Shown piece by piece: positions 24,841 through 35,162 of a DNA stretch of 64,000 nt; position 1 is the first letter of the stretch, and the number at the start of each line of letters is the position of its first letter. The DNA is from Fistulifera solaris (Eukaryota): assembly GCA_030295235.1 (NCBI GenBank), contig AP026140.1, forward strand, positions 248,001 through 312,000, given 5' to 3'. A program made the position numbers and the translations under genes. A model generated the notes under the pieces. That model was not told the DNA's origin and made no database searches. It saw nothing but the letters and a program-made list of their open reading frames with translations.

Positions 24841-26626
24841 TTAAGTGCTGCTTTGAGGCTGCTCTAATTCCTGGGTTTCAGTTTCCACAGGACTCGAAGG
24901 TTCTTGATCTGCATGAGCATCTTGATTTTCCGCGGCTGATGTTGTTTCTTCGGTTTCCAAACTTCTGGTCGACTTTTTCGTTTTCCATTGACGGTTGCAT
25001 AGGGTCAGAGACCCGAATACTGTCAAGGTAGATCTCATAGAAGTGTCGCGCTCCTTCATTATTACCCAACGCAGCTTCCAACGAGCCTCGCAAGTAAGGA
25101 TCAATTGTTTGTGTATAGATTGACTTGAATTTCGCGGCTGTTTCGCGCAGCTGAGCGGCTTCTCCGCGAAATCCAGGTTTTAGCACAGCTCGTTCATTGT
25201 CCATAAGTTCCCTTTTGATTTCAGCTAGAAGGCTTTCCAAAGTACTTCGCAATTGACTGAAAATACCAGGTAACAGACAGCGTCGTAATTCGTTTAAACC
25301 CGTCAGAATCGCATTTACGAGCCGTGCCAGCGGTGGAAAGGCGAGCAACGCACGCGGTGGCACCAATGGGCCACCCGGCGCAAAGTCCAGTGCCGGATCG
25401 GCTTCCATGGCATCAAGGGATTGACTGACCAATGGCGACGCGACCCCGGCATCTCGACAGATTCGCAACGTTTCTCGCAATTGCTCGAATCCCTGCGTCC
25501 AAATGGAATCTACCAACGAAAGCATTTTGGGTTCAAACACTTCGGGCAATCGAGCGGTAAAATCCGCGCCGAGTCGACCCATGGAGTTGGCAAAGAACAC
25601 GGACGCTTCGAGTGCATCTCGCAGAGATGCCGCATCCTCCATGCGTGACAATTCCAGTCTAAGCAAATCCATGAAGGAACGCACGCGCCGTGCCATCCAC
25701 ATACTTAACAAGGGAACCGAATCGCTCGGGGACTGTGTTTGAGCACGGAATATTGCGTTATACTGTGTCGCCACTTCAAACACACTGTTCATGTAGTCAT
25801 TGTGTGAGAAAATCAATAAGATTATGACCATATCAAAGGTAAAACTGACTTACCGAGTTCGGTATCGCTCAATCGCGTCCAACAGTTGCTCATTCAGCGA
25901 AAGACTGGTTCCCCGAGACATGACTTCGGTCGATTTGGTCTCCAACCAGACATCACGAGCTTCCAAAAAGTCCACCTGCAAGCGCATTTCCATACTGGCG
26001 TGTACACGCTCCATGTTGATATCCGATCGACGTTCTAAATCAATCGAATTCAAGCGTCGCAGTGCGGTCACAATTTCCAAACATTGCGGCATGGTGACCG
26101 ATACTTTCATACGCTGCAGCAAATGTCGTCGGAGATCGTCTTGGCGCGAACGAATTTGCGAAATGACCTGTTGCAAAACAGGATTGTGATCGGGATGGTG
26201 ACGACGTTCCAGCGTGTTGGCGAAAGACGCCACTTGCAAAGCCTCGTCGTACAGAAAGTTGGATCGGACGCAAGCGTCCATGAGGGAAGGCAGTTCGAGT
26301 AATTCCAGCAGTGAAGAATGCTGCAAGAGCGTCCGACGACGAACGCGATGACGTTCCGACAAGACCGCCAAAGAGGTGCTGCCCTCGTCCGACGGATCCA
26401 AATGGCCTTGCACGGATTCAATCTTTGTATCGATGACTTGTTGAGTGGCATTTAATAATTCTTGAAGAGCTTCTTGCAAAGCCCGACCGCGGCGTTCGAC
26501 TGCAACAAAGGTCCCCGCGTACGAGGCACAGAGTGACTGAAGTTGCTCCTCCGATGCTTCGAGAGCGGCTGTAGCAGCTTCTCGTTCATCCAGTTCGCTT
26601 CCCGCGGATGACAAGATGTCAGTCAT
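24841..26626 (-). CDS. COG8: Conserved oligomeric Golgi complex subunit 8 (Dor1 family)
   Basis: LLELLELPSLMDACVR..YDEAL, FLEARD, FEVATQYNAIF, SMGRLGADF, FPPLARLVNAILTGLNELR; intron ~25853-25795. Confidence 0.85.
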
Positions 26627-27243
26627 TGAATATAAAAGGCAAAGCTTAAAGAAACATCAACACTTGTGATGATATGATTTTGATTATTATTAGACCCTCT
26701 AGTGCGACAACCGCCATTAATAAAACCAGAGGGGGGCGGCGGCGTGGCGGCGGCGACCACTACGTTTCGCGACAAAGGTTAATGTTAACAATGTCTACTA
26801 CGGAGTGTGTCATGAGTCATGAAGTATTGTCTTAAGGGACTCAACCGAACTCCAGCACCGGCCTAGAGAGCAGAACTTTCGAAAAAACACATTCATTCTA
26901 CAAACATTACAAATGTTTTTGAAAGCAACTAGCATTGGAAGAATACCAGGTAACAGGCGGATGCTAGTGATGATAATAATTCATGATTGAAATGCAGTCG
27001 CGGTTGCCTAGAACCTACACTTCGGTCTATAGTATTTGCGGACGAGACCGGTCGAGCGTCCTTTGGACCCACAAAACTAGCTCGCGCATTCTTCACTAAT
27101 GATTCTAGTAAAGCTGCACATTGTGTATGTATTAAAGCTCCATGCTGGGAGAACGGGCGGAAGATAGTGTGCATGGACTCATATTCCGATGTCGATGGGA
27201 CCCGGAGGGGCGAGGTTCGATACGGTACCGGTAGTTGATCGAA

Positions 27244-28070
27244 AAATGGACCAGATGGATTTCAATCATACAGAAGCTCTGGGCTGGTCCAGAAATTATG
27301 AACCAGGTGTATTTCAGTCATACAGAAAATCTGGGGCAGTCCAGAAATTCTGGACCAGTTGTATTTCATTCTTACAGAAAATCTGGGGGTCTCCAGAAAT
27401 TCTGGACCGGTTGTAGTTCATTCATACAGAAAATCTGGGGGTCTCCAGAAATTCTGGACCGGTTGTAGTTCATTCATACAGAAAATCTGGGTTGGTTCAG
27501 AAATTCTGGACCCGCTGTATTCCTTTCCTACAGAAAATCTGGGTTGGTTCAGAAATTCTGGACCCGCTGTATTCCATTCCTACAGAGAATCTGGGTTGGT
27601 TCAGAAATTCTGGACCATTCATACAGAAAATCGGCCGGTCCAGAAATTCTGGACCACTTCTATTCTCATCCATAAAGAAAAGCTGGGCTGGTCCAGAAAT
27701 TCTGGACCAGCTGTATTTCATTCATACAGAAAATCGAAGGCGGTCAAAAATTCAGGACCAGGTGTATTTCGTTCATACAGAAAATCAGGGCTGGTCCAGA
27801 AATAATGGACCATTTGTATTTCATTTCTACAGAAATTCAGGGGAGTTCCAATAATTCTGGACCCCTTGTATTTCATCCATAAAGAAAATCTGGGCTGGTC
27901 CAGAAATTCAGGATAAGCTGTATTTCATTCATACAGAAAATTGAAGGCCGTTCGAAATTTTGGACCAGTTGAATTTCAATCATACAGAAAATCTGGTTGA
28001 TTCCAGAAATTCTGGACCAGGTGTATTTCATTCATACAGCAATTCTGGGTATTTCCTGAATTTTCAGAAT
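27244..28070. repeat. Minisatellite, 52-bp unit, about 16 diverged copies, with a palindromic core
   Basis: Unit cagaaaatctgggggtctccagaaattctggaccggttgtagttcattcata repeats at 27375 and 27427, and the next unit starts at 27479; core (gg)tccagaa-a-ttctgga(cc). Confidence 0.92.
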
Positions 28071-28130
28071 TTCGGGGGTACCCGGAAATGGGTGCCAGTA
28101 TTATACCCTCGCGTTGCAAAAAAACACAAA

Positions 28131-28741
28131 ATGGCAAAGACACTTCTTTATCGGCACTTTACAAACCTAAGGAATCAAAGCATGTTGCTAAAAGAAAACA
28201 TTCGCTTTCAATCAGAAGTCAGAGGGGAGACGGCGGTTCCGGTCTATTACGGATCCTGTACAACTCCATTTGGAGAGGCAACTCTTTTTGGGATCATCAA
28301 CACGCTTTGTGCGGCTTGCACCAGGGTGACCCGCATCAAGCAATGAAAATGGCTGAAAACGAATGGGGGCTTGTGTCGCAAGGAAAGTCGGATCCGGCAA
28401 CGGCGACCCAAATTTTAGATGCTATTTTAAACGATAAAGTCAGTGAACCCCTTGCTCTGCGTGTGAAAGGTACTCCGTTTCAAGTCAGTGTTTGGAAGGC
28501 ATTAATAGACGTTCCCTTCGCCGATACATGGACTTACCAGCAACTGGCTCGACATGTTGGAAATGAAAAAGCCGTCCGGGCAGTAGGGACAGCGGTCGGC
28601 AAAAATCCGCTCCCGATTGTCATTCCTTGCCATCGCATCGTTCGTGGCGACGGTAGTATTGGTAACTACAATGGTGGTATAGAACGCAAGCAAAAAATTT
28701 TAGACTGGGAGAAAGCAAACAAACAAAACGTTCTGCAGTAA
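28131..28741 (+). CDS. Methylated-DNA-protein-cysteine methyltransferase (Ogt/MGMT)
   Basis: GTPFQVSVWKAL, TYQQLA, AVRAVGTAVGKNP, active-site PCHRIV, YNGG..RK; likely frameshift at ~28285 joins TTPFG in the N-domain. Start uncertain. Confidence 0.88.
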
Positions 28742-28755
28742 AGACTACTATGTAT

Positions 28756-29329
28756 TCACACCAGCGCTTGCTGATCCTCTGGCAATAATTCTTTGATATT
28801 GTCGGGGACTTTCAACCGTCTCTGTTCCGGTGTCAACAAAAGATAACGAGCACCCAATTTCCTTAACTTCTGTTCTGTATGTTGTAATGTATTGACACGA
28901 ATATCTCGAAACATGGCAGCATAATCATCTCCATGCTTCGCCATGCACTTTTGAATGTACTCTTCTTCGTCCTTATCGAGCGGATGTTTTTGTCGAAAGG
29001 ACGATGCATCGGAGTCGGGAATATCAAACAATTCAATGATATCCGGGGCTCCCACAGGTTTCGTTTGTCCCTGCTGATTCGGCTTGGCCACCAAACCCAA
29101 AGCTTGCAAATTGGCGGCCGGCGACAAACTTGCATTCCATTTTTCTTTCAATTCTTTCGCGACTTTGGGATTGGGATCCCAGCGTACCCATGATCGGTTC
29201 TGTCGCACAAAAGTCGTGTGAGCTAACAAGTATCCATAAAAATGTCAAATGATTTTCATAACACACCTTGAGTTTTGTTCTTCCATAACGGCCAGCTCTT
29301 CGCTTCTTCGTGTGTCCGTGTTTGACCAT
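28756..29329 (-). CDS. NOP16: Nucleolar protein 16 (ribosome biogenesis)
   Basis: Basic N-terminus, KWNASLSPAANLQALGL, KHGDDYAAMFRDIRVN..QHT..KLR; intron ~29266-29202. Confidence 0.8.
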
Positions 29330-29567
29330 TCTGTGCCGTTAAATGCTTTAGTCTGCTGATGTTGCGCTCTCTAATAAAAAAATTGGTGTGGAATGATAAT
29401 GCACTGGAAGGAGAAAGAGAAAGAGGGAAGCAACAAGAATAGCAACATGAACTGCAACAAGAATTATTTTCTTTGTTTTTTTATAATTCTGAGCTTTTTC
29501 GTGGTGGTCCACCGTTTTGCACGTCTGTAATGCGCACGTGCTGTTTGTGTGGTGAAGTTACCACTCA

Positions 29568-30143
29568 CCCACCACCCACATTTTCTGGATAGGTAAAAAT
29601 TCCTCGTTCCATAGAGCAGACCTAGACTACTTGTAGTCACACCTGATTTCCACACTCCCACATTTTCTGGATAATAAGTGAAAATAGAACACCCCACATT
29701 TTCTGGATACGTGAAATTACCACACTCCCACATTTTTCTGGACAAGTGAAAAACCACGTGCCCACATTTTCTGGATAATAGAAAATAGCACGGCCCCACA
29801 TGGTGCTCCTTCGCGATCTACCGTTTCCCTTCTGAGCGTACCAGATACGTCGTACAACTGATCCTCGTGTTAGACAAGCATAGTAGAGAAAGTAATACTA
29901 TAAAGGACAAGTTTCAAAAAAAAAAAAAAACATTTTCTGGGTACGTGAAATAGCACTCCCCCACATTTTCTGGGTACGTGAAATAGCACACTCACCCACA
30001 TTTTCTGGAGATGTGAAAATAGCACTCGCCCACATTTTCTGGACACGTGAAAATAGCATTACCGGTACCCACATTTTCTGGACACGTGAAAAACCACCTC
30101 CCCATATTTTCTGGACACGTGAAATTACGCCCACATTTTTTGG
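29568..30143. repeat. Degenerate ~33-bp minisatellite in two clusters
   Basis: About a dozen copies of cccacattttctgg(a/g)..gtgaaa(a)tagcac at 29568-29800 and 29930-30143, separated by unique sequence and a poly-A tract. Confidence 0.85.
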
Positions 30144-30470
30144 AATGCACGTCTATAATCAGCAAACGCAGTCCAGCCAAAACAATGATGCCGGTGATAA
30201 TGAATGACATAACGCAAATCACATCATAAAACAAAAAGCCAAGCTGCGTACTTGCTTTAGCCGCCGGTAGGAAAAGGCGGAATTTGTTGCGATTTTTCTC
30301 AATGGGACCGAACGTCTTTTGCAGTTTGACAGGATGCGAACCCGAACACATGAGTTACCAGATTTTGTTGGACTGGAAGTGATCAACATGTCACTACAAA
30401 AAACGATTTCGTCGTTCCTTACACGCAATAACCTTCAATCTCTAAAGATTAAATTCTAATTCGTTCGATC

Positions 30471-32555
30471 ATGGCCGCAATGTCAATAACAACAACGGAG
30501 AATGATATTGAGAAAGGTGTCTCCGTATCCCTTCCCAAGTCCTTTACGGATCCATTTGCTCCACGAGAAGGACGAACCCTTGTCTGGACCGATGTCAACA
30601 TGGTGTTGGTACGATTTGAAGGGGAAAGGTGATACAATATGAGCGTTTCTGACCTTGCCTTTTCTCTGCCAATTCATTCTCAACAGAAAGGACACGGCGG
30701 TCTCCCCGACCGCACCATTCTCGATCATGTTTGGGGAGAAGTTCCACCCCAACAAACGGTAGCGATTCTCGGACCGTCGGGAGCCGGTAAAACGAGTCTA
30801 CTCAACGTTTTGGCCGGTCGTTCGAGTACCCACGGACGTATTCATGTCACGGCGGATGTCCGGTGGAACAATTATGCGGTGGAGCCAACCGACATGAACA
30901 TTCGTCATTCCATTGCTTTCGTGGCGCAAGAGGATTCTCTGCAAGTAACCGCCACTCCTCGTGAGGCAATTCTTTTCTCGGCAAAGCTTCGTTTGCCTCG
31001 ATCCACGACGAATGCGGAACTCCATCAGTTGACATATCGCATGCTCGAGGAACTCGGCTTAACCAATTGTGCCGACACCATTGTTGGTTCGGAATTAGTC
31101 AAAGGAATATCGGGAGGAGAACGCAAACGAACCAGTGTGGGTGTGGAATTGGTGACCCGACCGGCGGTGCTGTTTTTGGATGAACCCACCAGCGGCTTGG
31201 ATTCGTTCTCGGCGGTGCAACTCTGTCAAGTATTGAAAAAGTTGCGGCCGCGGGAGCGTCGGTTTTGTTCACCATACATCAACCGGCTTCCGAAATATTC
31301 AATTCGTTTGATGGTGTTATACTGATGAATCAAGGTCGTGTTATGTATCAGGGCTCTGTGTCGAATGTGCCAGCTTATTTCGGTCAGCGTGGATATCCTA
31401 TTCCTGTCAACCATAACCCTGCAGACTGGATCATTGTGAGTGACATCTTTGTGTGTTCTCTTTAGTTTGTTATGCCGGATATCTCATGTCGTTGTTCTTC
31501 CAGAACGTCGCGCAATCTGCCACTGTTGCCGAGCTTCAAACGGCTGGTTTTTTCCCAAACGACGAACGCAAACTGGGGGATTCATTGGAGCTTGACGACA
31601 AGCTGACTGGTCTGGGACTCGTGGCAGATCGCAAGACCGACAAACCAGTCGGTGTTGCAACGCAGACACAGCTGTTGGTTCTCCGTGAACTCGTGAACCT
31701 GAAAAGGAATGCACCGGTGCTACGTGCTAGACTGGGCCTGGCTTTGTTTATGGGTTTGCTGGGCGGTATCATTTTTCTAAATGTTGGAGAAAAAGCACGC
31801 GACAACTTTTTGGTGGTGCAAAGTCAGTTTGGGGCGATTGTTATGGTGTTGATAATGAGTATGGTGAGCACAGCCATGCCGACGTTAGTTGCATTCCCTC
31901 AAGAACGTCCCGTCTTTCTACGGGAATATTCTACCAACCACTACTCGGTCGTCTCCTACTTCATGTCGAGATTGGCGATCGAAACTCTGATTACAGCTGT
32001 TCAAATTTTCGTTCTCTGTGTATTGACCTATTACTTGATTGGTATGCAAGGGGGATTTGGTATTTTCTATACTGCAATATTTGCGCTGGCTATGTCAGGC
32101 ACTGCGTTGGGCGTGGCCGTGGGATGTTCGACTGTGGATCCCAAGATGGCTATTGAACTTTTGCCCGTCATGATTGTGCCGCAAATTCTTTTTGCTGGCA
32201 TCTTTGTTCAGATTGATTTGATTCCAAAGGTAAGAAAGAGAAGAGGACTTGTCTCATTGCCTCATAATGTTCTTTGCGCTCACAATCGCTACTTTTTTAG
32301 TTCCTGCGATGGGCCCGCTATCTGTTTGCTCTTACCTATGCGCTTCGGGTCCTTGTAATCAACGAGTTTGAAGATTGCGCGTCTGACGAACTCTCGCAGC
32401 CAAACCCTCTAGATTATTGTAGTCTGGTCCTCGAAAACACCGATTCAGATCCAGACGAGACTTGGTGGAACTGGCTTGTACTCGTATCTTTGTTCGGCTT
32501 TTTCCGTCTTCTCGCCATGCGTATTCTTCAGGTGAAAGCAACTAGATACTATTAA
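30471..32555 (+). CDS. ABCG (White-family) half transporter
   Basis: Walker A GPSGAGKTS, signature ISGGERKR, LFLDEPTSGLDS, TIHQP, NPADW, ERPVFLRE, C-terminal TMD ending ..KATRYY*; three introns; frameshift ~31240. Confidence 0.93.
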
Positions 32556-33003
32556 TAAAGTACTTGATATGTATTAGAAAGGTAGCTTCAGTTTTTGGTT
32601 AATTGAGTACTACGTACTATTATCACTTCGAAAGTTGTTACCCTTAGTGTTGCGTGACCGAGTCCAGTTTGTTCACGAGACGCACTCGATGCTCGATGTT
32701 GTGACTTGTGACGCAGAAATTCGATGAGTTGGTCATTCCCGTGGAACAAAAACGGATGATGTGTTCATCGCAGTCATCCAAAACGAGAGGATTTGATTGG
32801 CTAAAATCGCCGTTGAAAATTAGAGTATAGGATAATATTGTATAGTTTTTCCGTTCTGACTTTTACCTCATCCACGCAACAACACGAGAAAACCCGTCCC
32901 TCTCAAAATCGCGGAAGCAAAAAAATTGTTCAACCTCGTCATCAAAATCGCCCATCAACTCACATCCAGCAATTATCATTCATATCTCTACCTACCATCT
33001 ACC

Positions 33004-33856
33004 ATGAAACTTTCTGCTGCCACCTTTTCGCTTCTTTTCCTCAGCCCGGTTCTCGGCTTCGCACCAAATAAGGTTTCGAGAACGTCCACTGCCTTGAAGA
33101 ATGACCTGTTTAAAGAGCCTAGTGGCGACAAGAAGAATGAAATGTCTAAAGCGCTTCCCTTTGTCAAACGACCGAAACTACTGGATGGAACCCTCGCAGG
33201 AGATGTAGGCTTTGAGTAAGTGTGCAGTTGTTTGGAATGATTTTGCTTGATACTCTGACTTCTCACTTTGCAGTTTTTCCCTCTGACAGTCCTTTTGGCT
33301 TTGCCGGAAACGACATTCCCACTCTCGTTTACATGCGGGAGGCTGAGATCAAGCACTGCCGCTTGGCCATGCTTGCTGTGGTCGGATGGCCCATCGCTGA
33401 GCTTTTTGATAAGCCCATTGCCGAGACGTTGGGCTTGCCGACCGCTTTGACCAAGTCGGGAGCTTCTCCGTCAGTCCTCAATGGTGGATTGGATCGAATC
33501 GATATTGCCTACTGGGTAAGTAATGCGGGCAGTGATCATATCAAGTACCAATTAATAGGCTTCAACTCACTTGAGCTCTCTGCTAGGTTGCGGTGGCTGC
33601 TTTGGCCGGAATTGTCGAGCTGGAGAATGCTAAAGTCAAAGAAGCGAAAGGAAAGAAATACACACCGGGCGACTGCGGATTCGACCCCCTTAACTTATAT
33701 CCTAAGAGCGACGCGGATAAGAAAGTAATGCAGACCAAAGAAATAAAGCATGGCCGTGTTGCCATGATGGCGATTTTGGGCTTCGTCGCCCAGGAAGCTC
33801 TCTACCGAATCCCTGTCGTTCAAGAGACGCCAATGTTTTTCAAGCCAATTTTCTAA
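33004..33856 (+). CDS. Light-harvesting protein, Lhcz/Lhcr-like (3 exons)
   Basis: VLG-FAP presequence, SKALPF..LDGTLAGDVGFD, REAEIKHCRLAMLA, SPSVLNGGL, GDCGFDPLNL, KEIKHGRVAMMA. Confidence 0.92.
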
Positions 33857-34289
33857 ACAATAAAGAATTGTGCATTGTGTGATTTAAATTTGCTACTATG
33901 TCTAGGTTTGAAGCTTGAGTTATAAGTTTCATTTCGTGAAGCGTAGCATTCATAACCAGGTACTATCATGTAAAGTGTAGCAAACTTTTTTCACTATTGA
34001 CTGAACTGACATCGAGTCACGTGTCCCGAACAATCTTTGACCTAATTATTCCTTTAAGACTATAAAAAGTCTTTAGCTCATTCCAAGCAGCGAGGATTCG
34101 CCGTAATGTACGCGCTTTCATAGGAAAAATATATGCTAAACATTAAAAAAATAGATGCTATTGTTCTTATTGGTTTGAATGATTTTTGGATAAGCCTTAG
34201 CAAGAAATTCCGTCGATTGCCTGTTTACTCCAAAAGACTATAGACTACCACGTAGGTGCTATATATAATGGTAGTTACGGGAAAATAAA

Positions 34290-34735
34290 ATCGCAACAAT
34301 GATGATTTTTCACGTCGAAAATCCGAGGGTCGACATTATGAATTTCCACTATGAAACGGAGTGTTGGTTTACGCCAGCCAAGAATGGATTGTACACTAGT
34401 CATGAGTCATGAACCGAACAACAAAGGAATCCGTTTTGCGTCTCTCGCATCCGTCCATTGTTATTCAAATTCGAATATAATCATATTTACGGATAAGTTA
34501 AGTCGCAACAATGATGATTCTGAACTACTTTTTAAAAAAGTTTCTTTTATTTTCACGTCGAAAATCCGAGGGTCGACATTTTGAATTTCCACTATGAAAC
34601 GGAGTGTTGGTTTACGCCAGCCAAGAATGGAATGTACAGTAGTCATGAGTCATGAACCGAACAACAAAGTAATCCGTTCTGCGTCTCTCGCATCCGTCCA
34701 TTGTCCATTGTCATTTAACTGCGAATATAATCATA
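34290..34735. repeat. Intergenic tandem duplication (core offset 243 bp)
   Basis: tttcacgtcgaaaatccgagggtcgac...gcatccgtccattg occurs twice with few substitutions; the duplicated ORF starts at 34351 and 34594. Confidence 0.9.
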
Positions 34736-35162
34736 CTCCTGGAGTAATTACGATAGCTATTGTCAAAAAGATTGTCTTCCGCATTGGATCATCATCACGA
34801 CGGTAAAACTTTTCCGCCATGCATTTACCATTTACTCATGATGCAGGCGTCAGCGACAATGTACATATCAGTCGATAGTAATTCGATGTCCGGGTTACCT
34901 GTACGGAACAACTACTAGTACAAGTACAGTACCTGTTTTTATTGCCTCGTCCTTTTTTTGGATGAAACGAAAAAGAAAGTGCGGCGGTAAAATAGCAGCA
35001 AACCATCTTTGTCGCAAGTCCTAGCAATTCCAGCGGTTATAAGCAGCGAAGTTTTTACACGAACGCGCGAGAATAATTACCGATTCGAATCGATTGTTCT
35101 CCAGCATTTTCGTGATTCACTTCTCAAAGATACGTTGAAGCTTATAAACAATCGGAGGGAAC

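Noticed and set aside
26929..27238. Short ORFs between COG8 and the minisatellite
   Set aside because: No recognisable domain or splice structure, so a gene or transposon call cannot be supported.
27189..27854. Repetitive ORFs over the 52-bp array
   Set aside because: The unit length is not a multiple of three and the frames shift constantly, so the array is non-coding.
27244..28070. Heat-shock element array (GAA/TTC)
   Set aside because: The core has GAA-a-TTC with a 1-nt spacer, not the canonical nGAAnnTTCn geometry.
27244..30143. CRISPR array interpretation of the palindromic repeats
   Set aside because: The sequences between cores are homologous to one another rather than unique spacers, there are no cas genes, and the context is eukaryotic.
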